From assembly GCA_043228905.1 (NCBI GenBank), contig JBHGNT010000013.1, positions 11,160,001-11,224,000 on the forward strand: a stretch of 64,000 nucleotides of DNA, written 5' to 3'. This DNA is from Azolla caroliniana. Taxonomy: Eukaryota > Plantae > Polypodiophyta. Shown in pieces: positions 1 to 11,590 of this stretch (the stretch's first letter is position 1; the number at the start of each line of letters is the position of its first letter). The notes beneath the pieces are model-generated. The model had not been told where the DNA came from, made no database searches, and saw only the letters and a program-made list of their open reading frames with translations. The position numbers and the translations under genes are program-made.

Positions 1-53
1 GCTCCGAACTTCGACGCCAAACCTCCGAGACAGATCTGGACCATCTCGCTCTC
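1..53 (-). pseudogene. Continuation of the copia gag interrupted by the gypsy insertion
   Basis: Minus-strand translation SEMVQICLGGLASKFG aligns with the gag of the copy at 5487. Confidence 0.8.
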
Positions 54-471
54 TGTTACCGGCCGGCAAGGAGTCCAAAATACGGAGTGAAGGAATTAAT
101 TAAGTATGGTTGTAAATAAGCATAGTGTGGACGGACGGACTGGAAACGGTATGCCGTTCCAGATCCGGACGGATCCCGAATAGGTGCGATAGGCACCGTT
201 TTGTACTACGGGCCGGAAACCTATTTAAAGGCCCGGACTCCATTGTAATCGCAGCGGATAATTAATAGAGCGTATGGTGTTTATACTTCTGTGTTGATTT
301 CTGTTCTGTACTTACTGTTATATCTTACGTGTGTAATTAACAAAAGCGCTCTATCGTGTAACCTACTTAAGTCGGTGTAATCGTTGAGTCATAATCCTAT
401 GCCGTAATCACCCTTTGGTGAAGTGTCTCCGTGACATCTTGCGTTAGGCCTTGTCCGGTCAGAGAATAACA
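54..471 (+). repeat. Gypsy LTR (~418 bp)
   Basis: TGTTA...TAACA ends, TATA-like CCTATTTAAAGG near 220, GT-rich 3' part. The last 17 bp recur at 4385-4401. Confidence 0.8.
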
Positions 472-3400
472 CAGTTTTTCTCCGCTTGGGACAGCTTCCG
501 GCTGGCGTAATATACCGGCCGGTACCATTTTGGCTCCGTAAGTTGCATTAAGGCGCTGCCGATAGCGATGTCGGAAGCGTCAACGAACACATGAAATTCC
601 TTGCTCCAATCCGGAGGCTGCACGACGGGTGCTTGCGACAAAAGTACCTTCAGGGCATTATATGCCTTATCCTCCGTATCCGTCCATTGGAACGGTGTCC
701 GATGTACCGCGGTGTGTAATGGTGTAGCCAAGTCAGCCAAGTGACGGAGCATCCGGCTGTGCCACCGGATCTGTCCTAAGAATCGGCTTAGTACTTTGGC
801 CGTTTTCGGCGCCGGTGCCCCTAGTATCGCGTTTACTTTGTCCGGGTCGACCGCAATGCCCTCCTTACTTACAATGTGTCCCAGTAAGATTCCACTTGAA
901 ACCCCAAAGATGCATTTTGCTGGGTTTAAGCTTAGTCGGTATAACCTACACTTTTCAAGGCATAACTGTAGGTGCTGCAAATGGTCTTTTCCCCGGCTAT
1001 AGACTGCAAAATCATCTAGGAAAACCTGCATGAAGGCAGGAATGTATTCGCCGAAGATCTCCATGATGATTCGTTGGAACGTTGCTGGTGCCGTTTTTAG
1101 GCCGAACATCATTACCTCGGCCACAAACACCCCCCATTCGGTGACGAACGTTGTCTTCTCCTGGTCGTCAGGGTGCATCCGGATTTGATTGTATCCACTG
1201 AACCCGTCTAAAAAACTATAAACTTCATGGCCGGCGACGGCATCCAGTACTCCATCCGTGAACGGAAGAGGGAATGCATCCGTAATTGTGGCTGCATTTA
1301 GTTTCCTGTAATCTACACACACGCGGATTTTACCGTTCTTCTTTGGGACGACGACGATGGGGCTCAGCCACGTCGCTTTCTTTACCGGCCGGATGAAGCC
1401 CACTCTTAGGAGTTTGTCGATTTCCTCCTTCACTTTGGCGGCGTAGTTGGGGTTCATTCGGTAACGTCTTTGCGCCACTGGTTTCGCGTCCTTGCCTAAG
1501 TGGATCTGATGCTGATATAATTGAGGGTCCAGCCCTCGCATGTCTTCGTATGACCAGGCGAATACGTCGCGAAACTCCGTGAGAAGTTTGATCATCGCCG
1601 CTTTATCTTCCGGCTTCATTTCTTTGGCGATGTGTACCGGCTTTGATTCGTCCTTGCTTCCTAGGTTCACTTCGTCGAGCTGGGATGTTTTTACCCGTTG
1701 GGAAACGGCCATTTCCCGTTCCAACGCTTCCTGTGCTTGCCGTAATTCCCGGATCGAATCTTTGTCTAGTTCGGCTTCGGTTTCGTCCCGCTGCGGCAAG
1801 TATGGCGCTACGGCTTCAGCTACGTCAATCTCGAAGAGTGGTACGATCTTCGGGTGTTCCTCCAAGTACTGGGCTTCTTCGTCGTCTGCCAACCCTTCAA
1901 GCATGTTCACGCATTCCGCATACAGCGGTGTGCATTCCTTACCGTTGCTCGTCCGTGGTTGTGTTGGTACCCGGACCTTGGCTTTTCCGCGCCGGAAGGT
2001 AATCATATTTCTCCGCCAATTTTGCTTGATGTGTGCTGTTTTCAACCATGGTCTTCCCAGCAACAGTGGGTACGCGCCTTGCGCCTGTAGCTGCAGCACG
2101 ACAGCCGAGATGTGAAATGTGTGACCTCCTATGGTGACTTCCAATTTCCGTATTAAGCCCGTCGGCCGTACAGAGCTCGTATCCGCCATCCGTAGCCAGA
2201 ACGGACATGGCTCCCATTCATGTATACCCAAGGCATCACACGTGCGGAGGCTTATTACGTTCACCCCGGAACCTCCATCGATTACTGTGCCGGGAAGTTC
2301 GTGCCCTTTGACAATAGCTGTAATCACCGGACTACTAGTGTCCACCACCGTCGGTCCCTCCTCCGGATTCGAGAAGAGGACTGGTGCCGATGGGGCTATA
2401 CCGTCTGTCATGACCGTTTTTAGTCCTTCCATAAATCGCGGCACGAGCTGCAAGAGTCTTCCTAATGGCAACGTGATCTGACATTCTTGCAGTGCTTGCC
2501 ATGTCTCATTTTCTGCGTGGCTACTGCCGGCACTCCCTATGGTATTCGCCTTTTGCCGTTCCGCGTCCGCGACGTTCCTTTCATTGGCTTCCTTCACCCA
2601 TTCCGTCGCCTGTTTTCGTATGGCCTCTTGTGTTTCCCACTCTTTGGCCATGCCTTTCGACCGTGTGGTTACTTGCTGTAAATCCGCCACTTCCGGAACC
2701 ACCATATTAACTACTGGTCGTTTATCGTAGCTCTTTGCCGGGCACTGGTTACTGTAGTGGCCTTCCTGCCTGCAGTAATAGCAGTACTCTTTACGGGTAT
2801 TGCTGGATTCAGCATTGCTGGTATCCGGAGTCGGTCCCGTAGTGAGTGGTGCGTTCTGTGCCGGTTGGCTTCTTGGGGTTCCATGTTCCGGGTCCCTAGT
2901 GTGACCACCTTTCTTGAAATTACGTTTCTTATTATTCTTATTTTTATTTCGGTAGTCCGGTCGTGGTGGATCGTAAAATCGGCCGTAGTCCTCCTGGTGC
3001 CTTCGGTAACCAGGGGAATGGTCTCTGTCGTATTGCTCGTGTCGTCTGTTGGACTCCCGATAACGGTCCGATCGCTCATATCGGTCGTAGTTATCATGCC
3101 GATTCCAGTACCGGCCATCATTCTCTTGTCTGTCTCGGTACCGGACATCCTGTGCCGGTCGGTACCGGTTCATTCTTTGCCAACGATCTTCATCTTCGTC
3201 TCGGCTGCTTCTTGGCTCGATCCGTCGGACGGGTGGTGCTTGTCGGTTTAGCAGGTTATACTCGCACCGGTCCGTTGTATGACTCTTGGATTGACAAATC
3301 ACACACTGGGTTCGCATGGTGCACTCCACTGCCGAGTGTCCGGCATTCAAGCAGATTGTGCATTGAATTGCCTGCCGGAAGCGGAGATCTTCATCGGTGG

Positions 3401-4388
3401 GTAACGCCCGTTGCAGTGTTCCCAGTGTAAGCCATGAGCTTGACTTTTCCATTTCTCTGACCCGGTCAATGACCTGGTCAATGGTGCTTCCTCAAAAGTC
3501 GATTACCGTACATACCGTGCGTAACGGTTCCCGGAGTGCGTTTAAAAATATCGTCCGTAATTCCTCCTCCGGGGGTGCACGGGCAAGTTGGCTATGCATT
3601 CGTTGGAAACGGATGACGAATTGGGGAATGCTTTCCCCTGCCTCCTGTCGGATCGTATAAAACAGGCCCACCATTGTCGTCTGGTCGACCTCCTTGTGGA
3701 AAAAATGCAAGAATTTTGCTTTTAATTCTGCAAAGGTTGTGATGGTCGCCGGGTCCTGCGTCCGCCGCCATCGTGTCGCTGGTCCTTCCAACGTGACCCC
3801 GAATTCCGCTATCTTCGAGCGTTCTTCTTCCTCCGGTGTCATTCGCTGGGACGTGTGATTTGCTTCCCATGTCTGCTCGAAGGCATGAACATGCGCTTCC
3901 GCGTCCGGATCATCGCGATACTTTGAGTATTGGAACGGCATGTCGTCGTCCAGTATTAGGCCGCGGTTTAGTGGCGTTTGTTGATATCTTTCCGGTTTTC
4001 TCTCCGGTTCCACTTCCGGTTCTGTTGCCGATGCTTTTTCCGGTTCCTCTTCCGATTCTTTTTCCGGTTCCTTCACCGGCTCTTCTTCCGGTACCTTCGC
4101 CGGCTCTTTCGTTGGTGTCGGTGGCTTTGCTTCTTCCACTTCCGGTGTTGGTCGGTTGACGGCTTCTGTTTGCGGTTCCGGATAGCCCTGGTCGAACGGT
4201 TCCGGTTCTGGAGTCGGCACGGTATCCGACCCGTCGTCCTCCGGGCCGCCGGGGGTATTGTTGCTGCTCCGGTAGTTCGTGTGTACGCTGTATCCCCCTT
4301 CGGAATCCGATTCGTAGGCTGAAAAGGCTTCTGCCTCATTTTCTCCGCTTGCCAGCGCCTCGAGGAGGCGTTCAGTTTCCCGGACCGG
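472..4388 (-). pseudogene. Gypsy gag-pol polyprotein, truncated at both ends (gag, 3 CCHC knuckles, protease, RT, start of RNase H; no integrase)
   Basis: ORFs 3492..4220 and 459..3452 are in one frame separated by a single TGA, and the frame stays open up to 4388. Motifs: IDGGSGVN, RVCVDYRKLN, FLDGFSGYNQI, VFLDDF, FVDASD, YYASRKL. Confidence 0.93.
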
Positions 4389-4401
4389 TCAGAGAATAAC
4401 A

Positions 4402-5296
4402 CTCTCCTTGATGTTCACCTGTATGGAGGCGAGGGAGTCGCAGATATCCTTGATCTTCGAGGTATAGTTCGCCACCGACAAGTCGCGTTGTCGTAGGTTG
4501 CTCAACTCCTGTCGGAGCTGAAGCTTCCTGGCTGTGGTGCTCGCGGCGAAAATCTTCTTCAGATTTTCCCACGCACCCTTTGGCGTCTTTGCATCCCGAA
4601 CATAGCTCAATAGTTGTTCGCCCACACACGATGCGAACCAGTACAATACCCTGCTCGCCGATTGCTCCCACGACGGGAAGTCTCTATGTGTCGATTCGGG
4701 TGCCGTGTCATTAGCTCCTTCGACATAACTCCAGTAGTCGTGCCCGAGCAAGTACTGGTGCATCTTGTAGGACCAAGACGTGTAGTTGGTTCTGTCGAGC
4801 TTCTCTGTTGGAAGCGAGTTCGCCATGCCTCTATCCATCGTTCTTCTCGTTCTTCTTCGTCAAGTTGTGTCGGCTGCAGAGAGGTTCTCAACCCTCGCGC
4901 TCTGATACCATGTAGAAAGTAACGTGCGGAAGCAAGTATGAAGACCGAACAGAAGGAAGGAAACTCAGGTTCAATGGAGAGCTTGGGCGTACACGGTATA
5001 CGCAGGAGAGACAGAGAGAGAAACACAAAAAACTATATTCAACAATAATACTCAGTCTGTACATAAGACGTGCTCAGAGAGCACTTTTATACAAGTCCTA
5101 GAAGGACTGACCGAAGTACTGACAGTACTTCAATGCTCATCAAGAGCTCCTACACTAACTCCCAAATATATTCCTCACGGAATATCTTTCCTAACGACCT
5201 CCCGGTTTATGCACTCGACCTAACCGATCGGTCCCAACCGATCCGGTCCTCGGCTTCTTCAGCCAATCCGATCGATGTTGAGCTTATCTCTCAACA
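4402..5296 (-). mobile_element. Ty1/copia 5' end: LTR 4911-5296, tRNA-iMet PBS 4899-4910, gag start 4838
   Basis: On minus, the LTR TGTTGA...CTACA is directly followed by TGGTATCAGAGC. Gag begins MDRGMANSLPTEKLDRTNY. The LTR is homologous to 61423-61879. Confidence 0.92.
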
Positions 5297-8200
5297 CTCT
5301 CTCTCTCTCTCTCCCGCGTACTGTGTATACTCTAAGCTTTCCATTAAACCTGCATTTTTTGTGTTCGGTTTTCAATTGCTTACGCACACTATTCTTTAAC
5401 TTGGTATCAGAGTGCGAGGGTTGAGAACCTCTGCAGCCGACATAGCTTGAAAAGGAAACCAACCAAGAAGAACAAGTAAAAACAAAATGGACAGAGGAAT
5501 GGCTAGCTCGCTCCCGGTGGAGAAGCTCGTCAGAACCAACTACGCATGTTGGTCTTACAAGATGCACCAGTACTTGCTTGGGCATGGTTACTGGAGCTAT
5601 GTCGACAGAGCTAACGACACAGCACCTAATGCGACACACAAGGACTTCCTTGTGTGGGAACAAGCGGCAAGCAGAGTGATGTACTACTTTGCGTCCAGTG
5701 TCGGAGACCAGCTGCTGAGCCATATCCGAGATTCCAAGACGCCCAAAGAAGCTTGGGGAAATCTGAAAAAGTTCTTCGCTGCAAGCACTACAGCCAAGAA
5801 GCTTCAACTTAGGCAAGAGTTGAGCAGTGTACGACAACGAGATATGTCGGTGGCTGACTACACCACCAAGATTAAAGAAATCTGCGACTCACTCGCCTCT
5901 GTCAACGTGAACGTCGAGGAGGACAAGATGGTACAGGTTTTTCTTGGCGGGTTAACGTCTAAGTTCGGAGCTTTCCGAACGACAGTCTGTATGAGGGAGA
6001 ATACGCCGTCATTTTTCGACTTACAGTCGATGCTTCTTGTGGAGGAGAACCATGCCGGTGTGTCAACAAGTGCACCCACCGACAACCGGATGTTGTACAT
6101 GGAGGCAGATCGGCCCCGTGGGCGTGGTGGACGAGGCGGGTCGGCTCGCAATGGTAGTGGCCGGCAAGAGCAGGACCGAGGCACAGAGAACGTGCCGACA
6201 ACAGTTCCCGATGCTCCACAACTAGGAGGAGTCAAGGCGGCGCCTGAAGTCGGCAAACAAAGGCCGACATGGAATGTTGGTACTGTGGTAAAAAGGGCCA
6301 CAAAGAAAGTGAGTGTTGGAAGAAGCGCGCCGATTCGGACAAATCCGGATCCAGCAAGGCCGGCAGAGAGAATCGGCAATACTCGCACTACGTAGAAGAA
6401 TCGGGAGGATCCAAAACTGGAAAAGCCGATAAAGGGCCAGCCTTGGTGATGAAACACGAGGCTAACTCAATGAAGAAGACTACTTCCAAATCACATGACG
6501 AGCCACAAAGAGTGGTTCTCCTTCTTGGAGAAACTGGAACAATCGTGAGTCGTCGAAACCAGAGATGACACTCCTCACCCAATCATGCATGTCGGAGAAA
6601 TCCCTTTGAGCCACGTAGGACAAAGGGCGAAGTTGATGAACGTATTACACATTCCGACTATCACGAAGAACCTGCTGTCAGTCGGTCAGATTGTTGACCA
6701 GGGGATGCAGGTGCGGTTTACGCACCTTGGATGCTTCATCGAGGAAGAGGGCCAGATTATTGCGTAAGGGTGCAGAGAAGGGAGGATGTTCATCCTCAAC
6801 ACCAATGACGTCGGCATCGCTTTGTTCGCCAAAGGACAGAAGATTGAATCGGATATTGATCTCTAGCACAAGCGGATCGGCCACTTCAAGACTTGCAAAC
6901 GAAACAAGTTGTTTTCGGTTTGCCAAAGTTTAGTGGCCGAAAGGCCCATGTATGTGAAGCCTACCAACTCGGGAAGCAACACCGGCTTCCATTCCCCACC
7001 AAACGAAACCATAGCCGTAACAAGCTCGACCTTATTCATTCGGATGTATGGGAACCGGCACAGAACGTGAGTCTTGGCGGGAGTCGGTATTTCGTCTCCT
7101 TCATCGACAACTACAGCCGGCACACGTGGATCTACCTCATTGAGCGGAAGAGCAAAGTCTTCGAGTGTTTCTGGAACCTACAAAGCCTGGTTGAACGAGA
7201 AACGGAGAGGAAGATCAAGTGTCTGCGATTGGATGGCAAAAAAGAATATTTTTCAAGCCAATTCAACAGTTATCTGCAGCAAAAAGGAATTCGGCGAGAG
7301 TTCAGCTGCAGATGCACACCAGAACAAAACGGTGTGGCCGGAAGGAAGAACCAGTTGATTGTCGACGCGGCAAGGGCAATGCTGGAGGAGAAGAGCATGG
7401 CCCATTTCTACTAGGCGGAGGCAATTCAGACGGCCGTCTATATCCAAAACCGGATCGGTGACAAGGTGTCCTCGCATGAGCTATATTTCAGGCGCAAGCC
7501 GAATTTGCGACACCTTTGGATATTCGGTAGCATTGCATATGTGCATGTCCCAGATGAGAAGCGGAGGAAGTTGGATGCAAAGTCGGAGAAATGCATCCTA
7601 GTTGGTTACTCACATAAGCAAAAGGGGTATAAATGTTATAACCCCTGGACGAAGCAGGACCGAGTTAGCCGACATGTTGAGTTTGATGAGATGGCAGCAT
7701 GGTGAGGATGAGGCTAGTGAGCCTAAACCAGTCCAGATAGAAGATTAAGACCTCGGCACTCTAGAAGAGAGTCTGATCTCATTTCGGTTAAGTGGACCGA
7801 ATGATCGGTTGTCTCGGGATGACCAATCAGATGAGGAACCAGCGAGGAACTCTGTCATGCTCTCCCCGCGCAAGGAACCGAGGAGACGGTTCATGCACAA
7901 ATAGAAGGGGAAGAAGAAGATGTTGGAATACGAAACCAGCAACATTGAGTCAAATCAGAGCGAATCCGACTCCAGAAAGGATGAAGGTGGATCTTCGAGA
8001 ATGAAGTCCGAACCGACCAAGAAGGGCCTCAAACCGGGTAACAATAAGTTACACCAGTCTTCCCGCCAGAAGAACCCCGTGAAGCAATACGGGTACAATG
8101 AGTACATGGCGCATCACTATACGTATATGACCAAGGTGGTGGAAGTGCATAGCCGAAGAGCTACGCAGAAGCGGCAAAGGACGCAAATTGGTGTGCCACT

Positions 8201-10721
8201 ATGGAGGAAGAAATGCAGGCACTTGATGGCAACGAAACATGGGACCTAGTTGACCCTCCCCGACACTGTAAACCGATCAGATGTAAGTGAGTGTACAAGG
8301 TAAAGTACAATGCCGACGGTTCGGTTAACCGGTACAAGGCCCAGTTAGTGGTGAAGGGATACGCGCAAACCCACGAAATTGACACGACGAGACCTTCGCT
8401 CCGATAGCGAAGATGACGACAGTTCGTGTGATCTTGGCGGTTGTTGCGGCAAGGGGGTGGCATCTTCACTAGATGGATATGAAGAATGCATTTCTTCAAG
8501 GCGATCTTGAAGAAGAGGTCTTTATGACCCAACCTCCCGGTTTCTAGACGGAGATGAACAAGTTGGCGGTATGCCGGCTAAAGAAGTCACTCTATGGCCT
8601 GAAGCAAGCCCCCTGAGCTTGGAATGCGAAGATCATGCATCGGTTGCATAAGATGGGGTTTGTGGCCTCCAAGTCTGACTCTTCGTTGTTCATCCGGCAA
8701 GGTCCGGACGGTCCGGTTTGCATTTTGCTTTATGTTGATGATCTAGTCATCACCGGACCCGGACTCGATGAAATCAGGCGAGTCAAGTCCCAACTGTCGG
8801 ACGCATTTGAGATGAAGGACCTGGGGGACCTTCACTATTTCCTTGGGATCAAGGTGATCCGAAACCCCGACGGCATATTGCTCTCGCAAGGACACTATGT
8901 GTTGAGTATGTTGTACAAGTTCGGCGTGACAGAATGCCGACCGATCTCCACACCCCTGGATCGGAACCAGAAGCTCCGTCCCGACTCCGGACTGACCTGC
9001 GATGCAAAACGGTTCCGACAAATCATCGGAAGCCTGATATACTTTACGATCACTCGACCCGACCTCAATTACCCGGTCAGAGTGATTAGCCAGTTCATGC
9101 AAAAGCCGACCGTCGAGCACCTTCAATGCGCACACCGGATACTGCAGTATGTGAGCGGCACGAAGGAACGGGACCTATTATACCGGCATGGTATAACCAA
9201 AGAGTGGGTCGGCTACACCGATGCCGACTGGGCCGGCGATGCATCGGATCGCCGATCCACCTCTGGCTATATGTTTTCCCTTAGTAGCCCGGCTGTTACG
9301 TGGAGCAACCAATAGTGGCTCTGTCGAGCACTGAGGCTGAATACCGGGGTGCTACTGTTGCCACCTGTGAAGCCATTTGGCTTCGGCGGCTGCTGCAAGA
9401 CCTGCGGATCGAGGTACCGACCCTGATCCTGATCTACTGCGACAACATAAGCAGCATGCAGCTCGCCAAGAACCCCGTATTCCATGCTCGCACAAAGCAC
9501 ATAGAATGCACTACCACTTCGTGCATGAGCGTGTCCTGAGCGATGAAGTCGAACTTTGGTATGTTCATATGGATCGGCAAGTTGCGAATATCTTCACCAA
9601 ACCGCTCGGATCGGACAAGTTGCAGCACTTCACCTAAATGCTTGGTGTTCAGCATCTCGACGTGCCACACTTGAGGGGGAGAACGGGCAAAGACACCGGA
9701 ATGGGCAAAGGCAAAGACACTGTCGATTGCGCCGGTAAGGGAAGAACCGAAAAAGGGGGAGACAAGAAGAAGAAAGGAGCCGAGTCGACAAAGGAAGTTG
9801 ACACATCCGAACAAGTCGGAACAAGCGGCAGCGGCGACATAGTCAAGAAGGATAGAGCCGACCGGAAGAAGAAGACCAAGACCCAGACATGGTTATATGT
9901 GGTGAAGGGCCTGGAACCAAAAGACGAATCGGGAGCGACCGATCTGGACAAGAGCTGGAACGATTCGGAGACCGCCGATTCGGTTCAACAGACGGGTTCG
10001 AAAGAACCAGATCAACTGAAGGCCAAGCGGACGAGAAGGCAGCAGAAGTCGACGCCAACACGAAGGAAGCGGCGAGACGACAAGCACCGAAGTCACAGTA
10101 GTGAGGGAGCTGAATTGGGCCTGTTGAGCAGACAAGCCGACCAAGGAGGTCGAGGTGCGCAGAATCAGAAGGGTCGCGGCAAACGAGACCAGACCGGATG
10201 AGGAGCGCGAGCGAGGCGGAATGATGCCAGAAGGAGCCGGGTGGAAGGATCGGCTGCCATGGAGACTGACACTACGATCCGACCTCAAGTTGAGCTTGAG
10301 GGGGAGTGTTGAGTGGCAAGCTCAACCGGATCCAGATCAGCTGAATAAGCCTGAGCCGGATTGGTGAGCTGGTGAGCTAGTGAGCAAGTGAGTCGGTGAG
10401 CTGGGGAGCCGGTTAGCCAGATTCATCAGTAATCGGAAGCCTAGTAGCAGCCTAGACTAATAGGTAGTTAATGTCTCATAGTTAGTTTCAGACGCTCGTG
10501 TGAGCATTGAAGTACACCGTACTTCTGTCACTCCGTATGGACTTGTATAAAAGTGTTCACTGAACATATACAATGTATAGATTGAGTATTATTTTGAATT
10601 GAGTTTTTTCTGTGTGCTCTCTCTCTGTCTCTCTCGCGTACTGTGTATACTCTAAGCTCTTCATTAAACCAGTGTTTTCTGTGTTCGGTTTTCTATTGCT
10701 TCCGCACGCTATTCTTTAACT
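5297..10721 (+). mobile_element. Decayed Ty1/copia element: 5' LTR remnant 5297-5401, PBS 5402, gag-PR-INT-RT-RH with stops and frameshifts, 3' LTR 10307-10721
   Basis: PBS TGGTATCAGAG, CCHC CWYCGKKGHKESEC, integrase LIHSDVW and PEQNGVA, RT LLYVDDL, RNase H YTDADWAG, PPT GAGGGGGAG before TGTTGAG. The LTR 3' parts are about 90% similar. Confidence 0.95.
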
Positions 10722-11409
10722 CCTTAAAGTAGATTGCACTCTCATTACCTAGCATGAGTCGACTCTTCATGCACGTCCATGCATTAAGATTGAGAGGTAC
10801 ACTGCTTGTGACATCACCCAATGTTTCAATTGTGTCCTTAACTTGTCTCGATAAATTTTGAACCATCAAATCATACACATACCTCTTGTGAATGCAAAAT
10901 ACCTAGGGGAACAATACATTAAGGTATCCACCGCCTCGTCCTCATATTCGAATGTAGTGGATTCATTGTCTTATTTAGATGTTGTGGAATATCAGGATGC
11001 ATGATCTAAATCGTCTTCTGACATTGCAAAGATGAAATTAGCTTCATCGTTGATCATGATCGCAATCAGCAAGCCAGATGTGATTATTTTGTGATCAAAA
11101 TGATTAGGTTTGAGTGATAACAAGTGGAAAATGAGTGTGATTAAAATGTTAGTAAGTAATAACAAGTGATATTTCTATGACTTAATTGATTGTTCTATCG
11201 GAAAACCATATTGTTCATCTATTGATCGTTAATTTGATCATTGGAAAACGATCATTACAGGTGGTTGGTAGATATCAGTCGGGCGATTTCTCAATGATTA
11301 ATGAATAGGGTGAGGGTGCATGATCAATGAGTAAGTGAATGCTTGATAATAAAATGAGTCGAGTGACTGGCTGTTATAGGGCTCTTGATAAAATGAGTCG
11401 GGTGACTCC

Positions 11410-11590
11410 CTTCACCAACATTTTGGGTTTAAGGTCCAGCATATTCACCAACATTTTGGGTTTTAGGTCCAACATATTCAACCACATTTTGGGAATAAGG
11501 ATCTCCATATTCAACCATATTTTGATCTCCATATTCACCATACATTTTGAACATATTCACCAACATTTCAGGATCAAGTTTCAAAATATT
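11410..11590. repeat. Degenerate tandem repeat (CATATTCACCAACATTTT core)
   Basis: About 6 imperfect copies visible. Confidence 0.6.

Larger units (their letters stand above)
54..4401. mobile_element. Rearranged Ty3/gypsy LTR retrotransposon insertion: complete LTR (+), inverted gag-PR-RT-partial RNase H (-), then a 17-bp LTR terminus; inserted into a copia gag
   Basis: Termini TGTTA (54) and TAACA (4401). 5-bp TSD CTCTC at 49-53 and 4402-4406. The copia gag reads across the insertion on the minus strand (..VNIKES|EMVQICLGGLASKFG), matching the sister copy at 5487 (VNVEEDKMVQVFLGGLTSKFG). Confidence 0.85.

Noticed and set aside
3492-3494. Programmed gag-pol stop readthrough
   Set aside because: The TGA falls inside gag, before the zinc knuckles, and is most simply a CGA>TGA deamination.
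9638-10201. env-like gene in the copia 3' region
   Set aside because: Hydrophilic, with no transmembrane segment, and in frame with Pol. Reported as a tail instead.
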